Part shown: piece after piece, positions 8,856 through 19,900 of the stretch
Layout of the letters: each line of letters begins with the position of its first letter
How positions within the stretch are numbered: position 1 is the stretch's first letter
Virus record (IMG/VR): IMGVR_UViG_3300010397_000016
Coordinates: 1 to 51,275 of that record
Source: a virus
Lineage: Duplodnaviria > Caudoviricetes
DNA length: 51,275 nt
Direction: 5' to 3' (one strand)
The notes under the pieces: model-generated
Told to the model about the DNA's origin: nothing
The model's input: the letters and a program-made list of their open reading frames with translations, nothing else
Database searches by the model: none
Made by a program: the position numbers and the translations under genes

Positions 8856-11800
8856 CAGATGCAGAAGAACAAACAGCCGATATAGCCCCTGGGGTTGCTC
8901 GGCTGAATGCTTTATCGCAGGGTGGTTTCAATACGGATGAAGTGAATGAATACCGCACGCGGGTATCCGGGCAGATGGCTGGCGCCGGATTTAACGATGA
9001 CGAAATCAATAAATATTGGGGTGTGAAGACGCCGAATACAGACAAGGTGAAGGATATTGTCAGCCAGACAGGCGATGCTTCACCAGGCAATCCCCAGATG
9101 CGCAGTGAGTTAATGAATTCCTATGAGCGTGGGGAAACCAGAAACCCCAGCGAATTTACCAAGAGCGCCACAACCACGCTGCAGGATGTGCTGAAGACCA
9201 CGGGAAGCACGCTGGCAAAAGATGAAGCCTATCTGCTCACGTCGACACCGGCTTCGCTGGTTAGTGATCTGGTACAGGGAACCGTCAATCTGCCGGTGCA
9301 GGGTGCCACCAGGCTTGCCGGTAAGGCATACGAAGCAGCCGGCGGCGAACTCAGCCAGCCAGCGGCAGAAGCGCTGACACAGGGCATACCGGAATTCGGA
9401 CAATCACCTGCTCACACAGCGCTGCGTGAGGTAGCGGATAAGGCACTTGATTATCAGCCAGAGACCGTTGCCGGAAAAGTCACAGAAAGCAGCTTAAAGG
9501 CTGCTCCCTTTATTGCCGGTGGCGAAGGCACAGCAATCCGTAAGGCTATAGGTACACTAGCATCAGGCGGCGGCGCGGTAGCAGCCAGTGAGACCGCCAA
9601 GGCGCTTGGACTGGATGAGCGTGCGCAGGAAGCGGCGGCAGCGGTAGGCGGCGCACCAGGTATGATATTCGGCGCTACCACGGGCGGCGAAGGCGCTACA
9701 AAGCGAGGCTGGGAAGAACAGCCAAAAGCACAGGACTTTGTTGATGCCGCGGCGGTTACGAATGGTAAGGATGCTGAAGCTGAAGTTTCGCAGGTATTGC
9801 GTAACATCTACCGTGAAACGGGAATTACCCCTACGCAGGTAGTGGCGGAAGCAAAGATCAATCCTACCGTGGCGCAGGACTTGGCGGCCGGCCATATACC
9901 GGAAATATTTCAGCCTGCAAAGCCTGCTGAAAATCCTGCACCGGAACCCGTAGCACAAGCCGGCAATGAAGCCGTGGCACCGAAAGTGGGAAACTCTGCC
10001 TTCGAAATGCTTAACCCTACCGACCTGAAACTCGATCCGAAACGCTTCCAGTATAAGGAAGCCGATGAGAAAGGCGTTACCGGCGCGCTGCAGGGAACCG
10101 ATATATGGGAGCCGACACTGGCTAACCCGATCACCGCCTGGCGGGATAATAATGGCGATACGTTCGTTGTGAATGGTCACCAGCGCACTGACCTCGCAAA
10201 CCGTGCAGTGTCTGCGGGTCAGGAAGGCGTGCAGGTGCCAGCCCGTGTATTCAATGAAGCTGATGGCTATACGCCGGAATATATGCGCGTGCTCGGAGCG
10301 CGCCAGAATATCGCGGAAGGCTCCGGTACCGCCATTGATGCCGCTAAGATCATGCGCGGACCGGCCATACCCGATAGCATGCGCCTTCCAGAACTTCCCC
10401 CAAAGAGCCAGCTTGTCCAGCAGGCCAATGGTCTTGCGGCGCTGGGTGATGATAGCTTTGGCATGGTGGTCAATGGCGTGGTGCCTTCCGGTTATGCCGC
10501 CGAGGTAGGCAGGGCAATATCCGATCCCAAGGAGCAGCTGGCTGCCATGGATGTGCTGGCAAAGACCCAGCCGGATAATGTTGAGCAGGCACGCAGCATT
10601 GTGCAGGATGTGAAGAACTCAGGCTTCCTTCACGGTGACCAGACCAGTTTATTCGGAGATGAACACATCGCACAGACGGTTTTCGCAGAGCGCGCGCGGG
10701 TTCTGGACAATTCCCTCAAGCAGTTGCGCAAGCTGAAGTCCACCTTCAATACCGCCGTCACGCAGGAAGGCGCTTTGACTGAAGCCGGAAATGTGCTATC
10801 AAAAGAAAAAAATGTAACGGCAAAGGCTCAAAATGAAGACCTCCTCACGGCTATCCAAAATGACGCCACGCGCAAAGGGCCCATCTCCGATGCCCTCAGT
10901 GACGCCGCCCGACAACTCAAGGACGGCCAATCCATCGCCGCTGTCACCAAGCAGTTCATCGCCCGAGCCCGCGAGCTTAACGCCGGAGAAGGACGTGGAC
11001 AATTACAACCAGGCGCTGCTGCTGGCAGCCATGAACCTGCGGCAGAAGGCAGCGCAGTAGAAGCTAAATTTCAAAAGCCTAAAATTGCTGATATTACTAC
11101 ACCAGAATTCAATAAATGGTTTGGAGACAGCAAAGTAGTAGATGAAAGCGGGAAACCTCAGGTTGTCTATCATGGTACAGATAAAAATTTCCAAGCCTTT
11201 AATCCAAAAAAAGGCGCGCAGCAAATAATATGGTTCACTTCGGATAGAGCAGCCATAGAGAATGGTGAAGTCGGTGCTGCTGGTAAAGGCAGAATAATAG
11301 AGATGTACGCCGCTCTTAAAAATCCAGCAGGATGGAAAGAATATGAAAAATTCGGACTTTCCGAACTTGAAGCGCGTGGCTATGATGGCGCTATATTGCC
11401 AGAAAAAGATGGTACATTTGTAGGTTTTGCTTTCGAACCAAATCAATTGAAATCTATCTATAATCATGGAACTTTCGATGCGGAAAACAAAAAGTTGATG
11501 TTTTCTCGCCAAGGTGAAGCCACAACTTCAATTCCCGATGATGCAATCCATGTAGCGCCTGGGCTTGCCGGTGTTCCCACGGAAGCCTATACCGCCAAAG
11601 AAGCCGAAATTGTGAAAGCGGTAAATGCCGAACTTACAAAGCTGCTGGGCGGCAAAGGTGATGTTGGCGTCTTCAAGAAATTGTTCTCTACCGGTGAAGC
11701 GGGCAAGCCCGGCGAAGTGGAAGGCTATGCCAACCGTCGGCGCCTCTCCAACGGTGAAGTCCGCTATGTTGTCAATTACGCTCTGTCTGCCGGTGATGTC

Positions 11801-14800
11801 AAAGAAACCGCTCGTCATGAGGTCGTGCATGCGCTGCGCAAGACGCTGACGCCCGATGAATGGTCTACGCTTGAGCAGGCTGCCAAGGATGGCGACTGGA
11901 TAGGCAAGCATAATGTGGAGAGCCGCTGGGATGACTTGAACAAGGTACAGCAGCTGGAAGAAGCCATTGCCGAAGAATTCTCGCGCGGGCGCGCGGACAA
12001 ATTCCAGTCACTGCCGGCTATCATCCGACCCATATTTGAGAAAATGCAGCAGTTTATTGATACTGTTGCAGATAAGGCACGCAAGATATTCGGCGGCGCG
12101 GTGACGGCAAAGGATGTATTTTCCCGCATTGAGAGCGGTGAAGTTGGCGGCCGCCCGGTACCGGGAAGCGCCGAAGCAGAAGCATCTGGCAAGTTTGCCT
12201 TCCCGAAGGATACCATCCTCGGCAAGATCAGCATCGGCGGCAATGAAGCACCGAAGGAAAAGCTATCATGGAATGACTTCTATAAAGCCGCGGTAGATCG
12301 CCTCGATCCTGTCCGACGCGTGGTAGATAGCATGAAGAATGGCAATAATGCCACCGCTATGGAAAATGCCTATAAGCTGCTGCGCAATCTTGCCGGCAAC
12401 TATGGCCGCGCCCAACAGTTCATTGAAGGTCATACCTTTGACTTCGACACGTACAAAAACACGGGGAAGTCACTGAAGGAAATCCTGAAGCCGGTTGCCA
12501 AGGATATGAACGGCCTGCGGGAATATGCAGTATCCCGCCGTGCGCTGGAATTGGAAGCGCGCCAGATAAAACCTTTCGGTGATGATCCGAACGCCGCCAA
12601 ACTGATGGCAGATGCAAAGCAGGTTATTGCCAAGGGCGCTGCGAAGTATGAGCCGATATTCAAGGAGCTCAATACCTATCAGGCGTCATTGCTGAAATAC
12701 ATGAAGGATGCAGGTATCCTGACCGATGAGCAGGTGAAATCCATGAGCGGGGCCAATAGCGCTTATGTACCTTTCTACCGTGTCATGGATGATGATGCCA
12801 GTGTGGGGCTTGCAGGTGGCCAGGTGAAGAACCCGATCAAGCGTATCAGAGGATCTGAACGTGACATTATCGATCCGATTGAAAGCATCGTGAAGAACAC
12901 TTTTTCTTATATCTCCATTGCCGAGCGCAACGCCGCGGTAAAGTCATTCTTTGACCGGGCCAGCAAGGAAGCAAACCCTGCCGATTATTTCGAGAAGCAG
13001 GCACCGCGCATTACCCCTACGAAGGTGAGCGAAGCGGAGATGGACAAATTCCTTGCCAGCCAGGGTATCACCGGAGTGCCACAGGATACACTGACGGTAT
13101 TCCGCGCCATGCGCACGCCGCTTGCCAAAGACGAGGTAGGCTTCTTCGATAAAGGGAAGTGGACGGTGCTGAAGGTAGACCCGGATATTGCCGAAGCATT
13201 CAATGCGATCCCGCGCGGCGCGCATGGTGCGCTGTTCAAGATGCTGCAGGTGCCGACAAAGATGCTACGCTATGGTATTGTGTCGCCGGAATTCATCCTG
13301 CGCCATCTGGAGCGTAATACCCTTTCCGCCACGGTCATCGGGGAAAAGGGTATGGTGCCATTCGAGAACCTGTATAAAGGTCTGTTCTCCTATCTGAAGA
13401 AGGATGCATGGTACGAAGACTGGCTGAAGTCCGGTGGCAAGGTATCGTCATTATCTGGCTTGAGCCGTGATGACGTGGTGGACCAGGTGCGCCGCCTGAC
13501 AAAGGAAGAACCGGCCACAAATTATCTGGGCAAAGCATGGAATGTGGTACGCTCACCCTTTGAGGCAATTCATGCCTTTCAGCAGAACCTTGAGAATATC
13601 CAGCGCCTCGGTGCCTACAAGCGCGCTATCGATGGCTTGAACATCAATAAGGAAAGCATCATCAATTCCGGCCACTATGCCAGAAATGTGGCACCCGACC
13701 CTTCCCGCATCGGTAGCCAAACCCGCTCATGGAACTCTCTCACTGCGCTGGCAAATGCAGAAATACAACATACTGCGCAGCTGGTGGACGCGCTGCGCTC
13801 ACGCCCGCTTCCGACCTTGGCAAAGGGTTTTGCTCTTATCACCTTGCCGACCATGTTAAACTGGGCGTTAAATCACAATAATCCGGCCTATCAGGAAAGC
13901 CCGGCATGGGAACGTGATGCCTTCTGGATTGTGCCGGCAGGGCAATACACGCTACGTGTTCCCAAGCCATTCTTGATGGGCTTCATGTTTGGCACTGTGC
14001 CAGAACGCCTGCTCGATCTGGTATCGGGAAATGATAAGCACGGCAAAGGAGTTGCCGAAGGTATCAAGGATATGTTTGAGCAGGCGCTGCCTAACGTGAT
14101 ACCGAACGCACTTATGCCGGTGATGGAGCAGATGACGAATTACAGCATGTTCCGGGCAAAGCCTTTGGTACCTAATCACCTGATGCAGGAGCTTCCAGAA
14201 TACCGCTACAGTGAATATACCAGCGAGTTGACCAAGGCGGCCGGACACCTTCTGGGGAAAGTTCCTTATCTGAAGGATACCTCTATGGCTTCCCCGATGG
14301 TTATTGATAATTACCTGAGACAGTGGACCGGCGCGCTTGGCGGTTATGTGATGACTGCCGCTGACGCCTCGCTGCGCAAGGCCGGCGTATTGCCGGATCC
14401 TGTTCTGCCCACGAAGTCACTGGCGGACATACCCTTCATAAAGGCCTTTGTTTCCCGCTATCCGTCCGCCCAGGCACAGAGCATTCAGGAATTCCAGAAT
14501 AGCTACAATCAGATGAAGCAGTATCAGAATACCTTCAAAGACTTGATAAAGCAGGGTGAGATGCAGCAGGCGCAGGACTTGATGACCAATAACCCCACCC
14601 AGTTTTACAAGCTGGATAGCATAAATAAAACCATCAGTGAGCAGAATAAATTCATCCGCCTGATTTACAAAAACCCGCAAATCGGCGGAGATGAGAAGCG
14701 CCAGATCATCGATGCCACCTATTATCAGATGATAAGCCTTGCGAAGCAGGGTAATGAAATGCTCGATCAGTTGCATCAGGACAAGGGTGCAACCAAGCAC

Positions 14801-14803
14801 TGA
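8852..14803 (+). CDS. Large internal virion (gp16-like) polyvalent protein: ParB-like, ART-PolyVal, zincin metallopeptidase-like and LPD38-like domains
   Basis: DPKRFQYK...FVVNGHQR...NIAEG (about 10030-10620); FNKWFGDSKVVDESGKPQVVYHGT...LKNP...GYDG...F.PNQLKS (about 11100-11510); RHEVVHA...EEAIAEEF (about 11810-11980); YQESPAWERDAFWI...RVPKPF (about 13890-14000). Confidence 0.8.
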   Translation: MTDAEEQTADIAPGVARLNALSQGGFNTDEVNEYRTRVSGQMAGAGFNDDEINKYWGVKTPNTDKVKDIVSQTGDASPGNPQMRSELMNSYERGETRNPSEFTKSATTTLQDVLKTTGSTLAKDEAYLLTSTPASLVSDLVQGTVNLPVQGATRLAGKAYEAAGGELSQPAAEALTQGIPEFGQSPAHTALREVADKALDYQPETVAGKVTESSLKAAPFIAGGEGTAIRKAIGTLASGGGAVAASETAKALGLDERAQEAAAAVGGAPGMIFGATTGGEGATKRGWEEQPKAQDFVDAAAVTNGKDAEAEVSQVLRNIYRETGITPTQVVAEAKINPTVAQDLAAGHIPEIFQPAKPAENPAPEPVAQAGNEAVAPKVGNSAFEMLNPTDLKLDPKRFQYKEADEKGVTGALQGTDIWEPTLANPITAWRDNNGDTFVVNGHQRTDLANRAVSAGQEGVQVPARVFNEADGYTPEYMRVLGARQNIAEGSGTAIDAAKIMRGPAIPDSMRLPELPPKSQLVQQANGLAALGDDSFGMVVNGVVPSGYAAEVGRAISDPKEQLAAMDVLAKTQPDNVEQARSIVQDVKNSGFLHGDQTSLFGDEHIAQTVFAERARVLDNSLKQLRKLKSTFNTAVTQEGALTEAGNVLSKEKNVTAKAQNEDLLTAIQNDATRKGPISDALSDAARQLKDGQSIAAVTKQFIARARELNAGEGRGQLQPGAAAGSHEPAAEGSAVEAKFQKPKIADITTPEFNKWFGDSKVVDESGKPQVVYHGTDKNFQAFNPKKGAQQIIWFTSDRAAIENGEVGAAGKGRIIEMYAALKNPAGWKEYEKFGLSELEARGYDGAILPEKDGTFVGFAFEPNQLKSIYNHGTFDAENKKLMFSRQGEATTSIPDDAIHVAPGLAGVPTEAYTAKEAEIVKAVNAELTKLLGGKGDVGVFKKLFSTGEAGKPGEVEGYANRRRLSNGEVRYVVNYALSAGDVKETARHEVVHALRKTLTPDEWSTLEQAAKDGDWIGKHNVESRWDDLNKVQQLEEAIAEEFSRGRADKFQSLPAIIRPIFEKMQQFIDTVADKARKIFGGAVTAKDVFSRIESGEVGGRPVPGSAEAEASGKFAFPKDTILGKISIGGNEAPKEKLSWNDFYKAAVDRLDPVRRVVDSMKNGNNATAMENAYKLLRNLAGNYGRAQQFIEGHTFDFDTYKNTGKSLKEILKPVAKDMNGLREYAVSRRALELEARQIKPFGDDPNAAKLMADAKQVIAKGAAKYEPIFKELNTYQASLLKYMKDAGILTDEQVKSMSGANSAYVPFYRVMDDDASVGLAGGQVKNPIKRIRGSERDIIDPIESIVKNTFSYISIAERNAAVKSFFDRASKEANPADYFEKQAPRITPTKVSEAEMDKFLASQGITGVPQDTLTVFRAMRTPLAKDEVGFFDKGKWTVLKVDPDIAEAFNAIPRGAHGALFKMLQVPTKMLRYGIVSPEFILRHLERNTLSATVIGEKGMVPFENLYKGLFSYLKKDAWYEDWLKSGGKVSSLSGLSRDDVVDQVRRLTKEEPATNYLGKAWNVVRSPFEAIHAFQQNLENIQRLGAYKRAIDGLNINKESIINSGHYARNVAPDPSRIGSQTRSWNSLTALANAEIQHTAQLVDALRSRPLPTLAKGFALITLPTMLNWALNHNNPAYQESPAWERDAFWIVPAGQYTLRVPKPFLMGFMFGTVPERLLDLVSGNDKHGKGVAEGIKDMFEQALPNVIPNALMPVMEQMTNYSMFRAKPLVPNHLMQELPEYRYSEYTSELTKAAGHLLGKVPYLKDTSMASPMVIDNYLRQWTGALGGYVMTAADASLRKAGVLPDPVLPTKSLADIPFIKAFVSRYPSAQAQSIQEFQNSYNQMKQYQNTFKDLIKQGEMQQAQDLMTNNPTQFYKLDSINKTISEQNKFIRLIYKNPQIGGDEKRQIIDATYYQMISLAKQGNEMLDQLHQDKGATKH

Positions 14804-14885
14804 TTAAAAAAATATACCCAAAAAGATTTATATGCTATAAAACATCTGCATATACCCTTGCTCCCGAGGAGGGCAAGAGGACTGG

Positions 14886-16517
14886 ATGTTAAGCAAAATA
14901 TTGGGAAACCATTTACGCAAAGCAGCGGCTTTCCTCGCTTCTCTCTGTATTCTCTTCGCCTGCACCGAGCCAGCCTATTCGCAAACAAACTATCTGGATC
15001 GCTTCGCCGGTGCTGTTCTTGCTTCATTCGGTAAGCAGCCAGTAGACGCTGCCACCACCACCAACATCACACTATCTGGATATCAGACTGTTGATGGCGT
15101 AAACCTGAACGCCGATTATTTACGCATATTGGTTAAAAATCAGACCGACCCCACCACAAACGGCATATATACAGTATTTTCCGGTGCATGGATCCGCTCG
15201 AGCGATTTTTCTGGACCCAGCGGCACTGTTAAGGGACAGGCCATTTATGTTACCGGTGGCACGCAGGCGGGCCTATGGACGGTAAGCACGGCAAACCCGA
15301 TACAGATTGATCATACGGGTGGCCAGTCAACGAGCCCCAGCAATATAACTTTCACGTATAATCCCTTTCTCATAAATTCAGTTACTTCATCCACCTCAAA
15401 TACAGTTGGCACGGGAAGTAAGACATTTTCTACAAACAGCGTATTGCCTGTAACAGTCGGGCAATATGTGCTTGTCACAGAAACTTCTGCACCATCGAAT
15501 TATGTATTCGGGCAGGTGACAAGTTATTCAGTCCCCTCGCTGGTGCTCAACGTCACCGTGACCGGCGGTTCAGGTACCCATTCTGATTGGACATTAAGCA
15601 TTTCCGGACCACCAGGACAGGCCGGCGCTACCGGTGCAACCGGTCCTGCCGGACCGACTGGACCGGCAGGTTCTATGGGAACGACAGGATCGCCCGCCAG
15701 CGGTAATCTGACAAAATTCTCCGGCGCGACCACAGTTACAAATGCGGATCTTACCGGTGACATTACTACCTCGGGTACAGTGGCAACGACATTGGCAACT
15801 GTGAATTCGAATGTCGGTTCCTTCACCAACGCCAATATCACGGTCAATGGAAAAGGGCTTATTACCGCCGCGAGTAACGGCGGTGCTGCTGGTGTAGTAA
15901 CTGTAAAATCCCAAGTATTTACCTCTTCCGGTACTTATACGCCATCCACTGGAATGCTCTATGCCGTGGTAGAGGTGCAAGGTGCCGGCGGTGGCGGCGG
16001 CGGTACTGCTGTAAGCAATTCAGTTGGCAGCGGCGGCGGCGCTGGCGGTTATTCACGAAAAACATTATCAGCAGCAACTATAGGTGGGTCACAATCTGTC
16101 ACAGTTGGTAACGGCGGTGCTGGTTGCGCAACGAGTGTGACCTGTACAGGTGGCACGGGTGGCAGCAGTTCTTTCGGAGCACTTCTATCAGCAACAGGTG
16201 GCGCCGGTGGTACTGCAAATTCTCCAGTACCTGTGGCACCGGCAACGGTAGCCGGAGGCAATCCTGGCACCGGCTCTAGTGGAAATGTCAATGTAACAGG
16301 CGGCCCTGGGGGCAGTGGATTATGGTTGTCATCGGGTGCTCAAAAAGGTGGAGATGGCGGGACTTCATATTTTGGCGGCGGCGGCGTAGGCGGTAATACT
16401 GGTGCAGGCGGCGGCGGAAATGCCTATGGCTCCGGCGGTGGAGGCGGTAGTCAGACATTGAATGGCGGCGATGGTGCTGGTGGTATCGTAATTGTTAGAG
16501 AATTCTGCTCACAGTAG
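14886..16517 (+). CDS. Tail fibre-like protein with collagen-like Gly-X-Y stretch, Gly-rich C-terminal domain and N-terminal signal-like sequence
   Basis: ATTTNITLSG.QTVDGV...RILVKNQT...NGIY module; TSSTSNTVGTGSKTF...DWTLS module; GPPGQAGATGATGPAGPTGPAG; VFTSSGTYTP...GAGGGGGG domain. Confidence 0.75.
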   Translation: MLSKILGNHLRKAAAFLASLCILFACTEPAYSQTNYLDRFAGAVLASFGKQPVDAATTTNITLSGYQTVDGVNLNADYLRILVKNQTDPTTNGIYTVFSGAWIRSSDFSGPSGTVKGQAIYVTGGTQAGLWTVSTANPIQIDHTGGQSTSPSNITFTYNPFLINSVTSSTSNTVGTGSKTFSTNSVLPVTVGQYVLVTETSAPSNYVFGQVTSYSVPSLVLNVTVTGGSGTHSDWTLSISGPPGQAGATGATGPAGPTGPAGSMGTTGSPASGNLTKFSGATTVTNADLTGDITTSGTVATTLATVNSNVGSFTNANITVNGKGLITAASNGGAAGVVTVKSQVFTSSGTYTPSTGMLYAVVEVQGAGGGGGGTAVSNSVGSGGGAGGYSRKTLSAATIGGSQSVTVGNGGAGCATSVTCTGGTGGSSSFGALLSATGGAGGTANSPVPVAPATVAGGNPGTGSSGNVNVTGGPGGSGLWLSSGAQKGGDGGTSYFGGGGVGGNTGAGGGGNAYGSGGGGGSQTLNGGDGAGGIVIVREFCSQ

Positions 16518-16530
16518 ACGAGAAAGTAAG

Positions 16531-16962
16531 ATGGAACAGACTTCAGATGTAATTACGGTAGGGCAGGTACTTGGTTTGGCTGTGACGTTAGGTGGCACCA
16601 TACTTGGATTGGCCGGCGGACTGTTGCTTTATATGCTTAAGAAACGCGACGATCGTATCGATGAAAACGATAAAGAAATCGATGCGCTCGAAAAACGAGT
16701 TAACGAAGGCGAGAAAAAGGTGCTGGAAGACAAACTGCAAGCTGCAAAGGAATATGCCACCAAAGACAATGTGAGGATGTTGTTTCAGGAAAGCCAGCAA
16801 GCAAACCGCGATATGGGACAACGTCTGGAAAAGCAGATTGATGAGACGAAGAAAGAAGTGAAGGACACTCAGACAAAGATAGAGAGCCAGATAAACGACA
16901 CAAAAAATAAGATCGAAGCAATGCAAACCGCCGTTCTTACCGAACTGGCAAAAAAAACCTGA
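16531..16962 (+). CDS. Single-pass membrane protein with long coiled coil (holin- or spanin-like candidate)
   Basis: N-terminal hydrophobic helix (VLGLAVTLGGTILGLAGGLLLYML) followed by KKR and a heptad-rich charged region; start reassigned to ATG 16531. Confidence 0.6.
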   Translation: MEQTSDVITVGQVLGLAVTLGGTILGLAGGLLLYMLKKRDDRIDENDKEIDALEKRVNEGEKKVLEDKLQAAKEYATKDNVRMLFQESQQANRDMGQRLEKQIDETKKEVKDTQTKIESQINDTKNKIEAMQTAVLTELAKKT

Positions 16963-16974
16963 TAGGGGAAAATT

Positions 16975-19900
16975 ATGCGCAACTATAACCGTATATTCCG
17001 GAGTTTATTTTTAACACTGCTCCTTGTGATATTGTTCACTGTGCACCGTGATGAAGCACTGGCGTGGCCTCCCAATGTAGGTGGTCCATATAACGCCAAT
17101 GGCGGTGCCAGTGGCAGCAGCGGTGGTACCAGTACCACGGGTGCTAACAGTGTTATGCTCGATCCGCGCAATTACGGCGCAAAATGTACCGGTGCCTATG
17201 GTGCTTCAGGCGTTGTGCTATTCAATGGTGGTGGCAGTGGCTGGAATGTTGGTGATAAATTTATGCTGCAGGATCAGCAACTCGAAGCCCATATGCGTGG
17301 TGGTGCCAATGCTATAGGCCGTGTTACTGGTGTAAGTTCTGGCGCGATCACTACTTTCGTCATGGAAAAACCTGGCAGCGGATATTATTTTAATGCTCTG
17401 TGGGGTACCCCGATAACTGGTACCGGTTCTGGTGCATCCTTTAATGTCAATGGCCTCTCCACGCCACCTTCAGCACCTTCAACCACCTTGGCTGTGGGTG
17501 GTGCGGCTACCTGTAGCACCTCCGGTTCTACCATCTGCGGTGGCGCTTATCAGGTTAATGATCTGTTCGCAGTTCCCAATCCAGCCCGGGACGGAAATTA
17601 TATGGTTGGGAGGGTAACTGGAGTTAGCGGTGGCCGTGTCACTACGTATACCATTCTTAATCCGGGTGGAAATTATGCCATTGTCAGTGCCGTACCAGCC
17701 ACTACGATTACCGGTTATGGCAAGGGGCTTACCATCAATGTGACCTCCACCACCAGTGCTAATGGCACGTGGGATGATACCTATGGTATTACCGCTGCGG
17801 AAGCCGCCGCATCTGCTCAAGGGCAGGGCGCTGCTGTCATAATGCCGGATAATTGCTGGGCAGCGAACCTGCCGGCTGTATCTGGTACATCGCTTATCGG
17901 TCAGCTTGAAGCGCCTAATTACGGTTACGGAAATGTACCATCGACCTTGCAGCCTTCTGGTGGCCCGCATCTTTTCATTATCGGAACGCCGAGTTTCGGT
18001 ATCGATCTTAATAATGCTGGTGATTTTGCAATGCGCGGATTTGAGGTGCGCGGTTATACCGGCGGTAATTTCGGTGCCAGTACGACCTGGGATAGTACCG
18101 CCTGCATAGGTACATTTGCCGGCGCGGGTACCGGAGGACTTTCCATTATCCAGGCGGAGCATATGAGCGCCAAAAGTTGCAAAGCGGGTATTGGTTCACC
18201 GGATGGTACTGGTGCGTTTATCTTCGCCAAATTCTTCAGTAATGATTGGGGTGCTAATCAGGTAGGTATTTATGGTCCTTTTTCCGATCTTCTGAGTGCT
18301 GGTGATACCATTCCCTCTACCGGTACAGCGATATGGCTATCGAGCAGTGCTGGGGGTTTAGCGCGCATTGAGCATCCACGTATCGAATATGCCACCGATT
18401 ATGGTATTCGTCTCGATGGTTTCGGTTCGCTGCAGGCGTCGATGACAGATGTGCAGGTTGACCGAGTAGGGCGCTGCGCAGTGTATGGTAACGGAACCCA
18501 GCAAATCAATATTGAGGGCGGTTCGCTAAAAGGTGCTGGCTTGGCCGGAACACTTACTGTGACGGGTGCGGCTTCAGGCACGGCAGGTGTGGTACGCCTT
18601 ACTGTTACCGGGTTCGGGTTTAATCCCAGCGGCGGATCTTCCGCTACATCAGGCCTAACCACTGGTGATATCGCCAATGTATCTGGCGTGGGCGGCACGA
18701 CAGAAGCCAATGGTAATCAGCGCACCATCACCGTTGTGGATAATACGCATATAGAATTGCAAGGGACTACTTTCGTCAATGCCTATACCAGTGGCGGATT
18801 GGTTGCTGTTAACGGCAAGGATGCGTATATCTGCCTTAATAACACATCGGATTTTCATAGCGACAATGTAGGCTTTTATGGTTATAGCGCTGGCACACCG
18901 CTGGCGGCCGCCACCGTGATTGATGCAACAGGATCGACACTGATATCGATGGATAACGGTGCTGCCAATACTGGCAATGGAAATTCAGGCGGTTGGCAGC
19001 AGGCGGTTGCTAACTGGCATAATAGCGGTAATACGGCACCAGCGAATACGCTTATCACTATTCCCGGTACGAATACGCTTACTGCTGTTGATTATGGTAA
19101 TTTCACCACTTCACTGACTTTGCCAAAAGGCACGACGGGTCAGGAACCGACATGCAACACGGCGGCCGCTGGTTCTATTCGTTATAATACCACTGTGCCG
19201 CAGACGGAAGTATGTAGCGCTGGCAGCTGGACGGCTCTGTCATCGGGCGGCGGTACCGTCAATGCCGGCACCATTAACCAGGTCGCCTATTATGCCGCGA
19301 CAGGCACAACGGTAGGCGGTGACGCGGATCTACTCTTTGATGGCAGCAATCTGACGCTTGGTGCCACTACGGCCGCAACCGGCGCGATGACGATCAACAG
19401 TAACGGCGGTGCCGGGCTTACCGTCATATCGAGCAATGCGACCCAGGCAGGCATTAACATCGATGCTGGCCCTGGCGGTGGTCATAAGTTCAGCTTCTTT
19501 GCCAGTGCCAATAATCCTGGCCTGTTTGGCTTTTACGATACTACGAGCGCTGCCTTTGTCTTTGGCGCAAGCACAAGCACGGTACAGCTGGGATCTGGCA
19601 ACACCTTCAGCTGGAACTCGACTGTCAATCCTACCACGGCACCCGATCTGGCTATATCACGTAGCGCCGGCGGTGTATTGGCGGTAGGAACAGGTACGGC
19701 TGGCAATACCACAGGTAAGATAAAAACCGCCGCCTATATGTCTGTCGGCACCAAATTCACCGCCTCAGGATGCAGTAATTCTGGTACGGTTGGTGGTGCT
19801 ACTGCAGGCCGGTTTACCTCTGGTACTACCGGTGCCTGTACAGTTACCATCACCATGGGCGATACTGCTACCGCACCCAATGGCTGGTCATGTACGGCAA

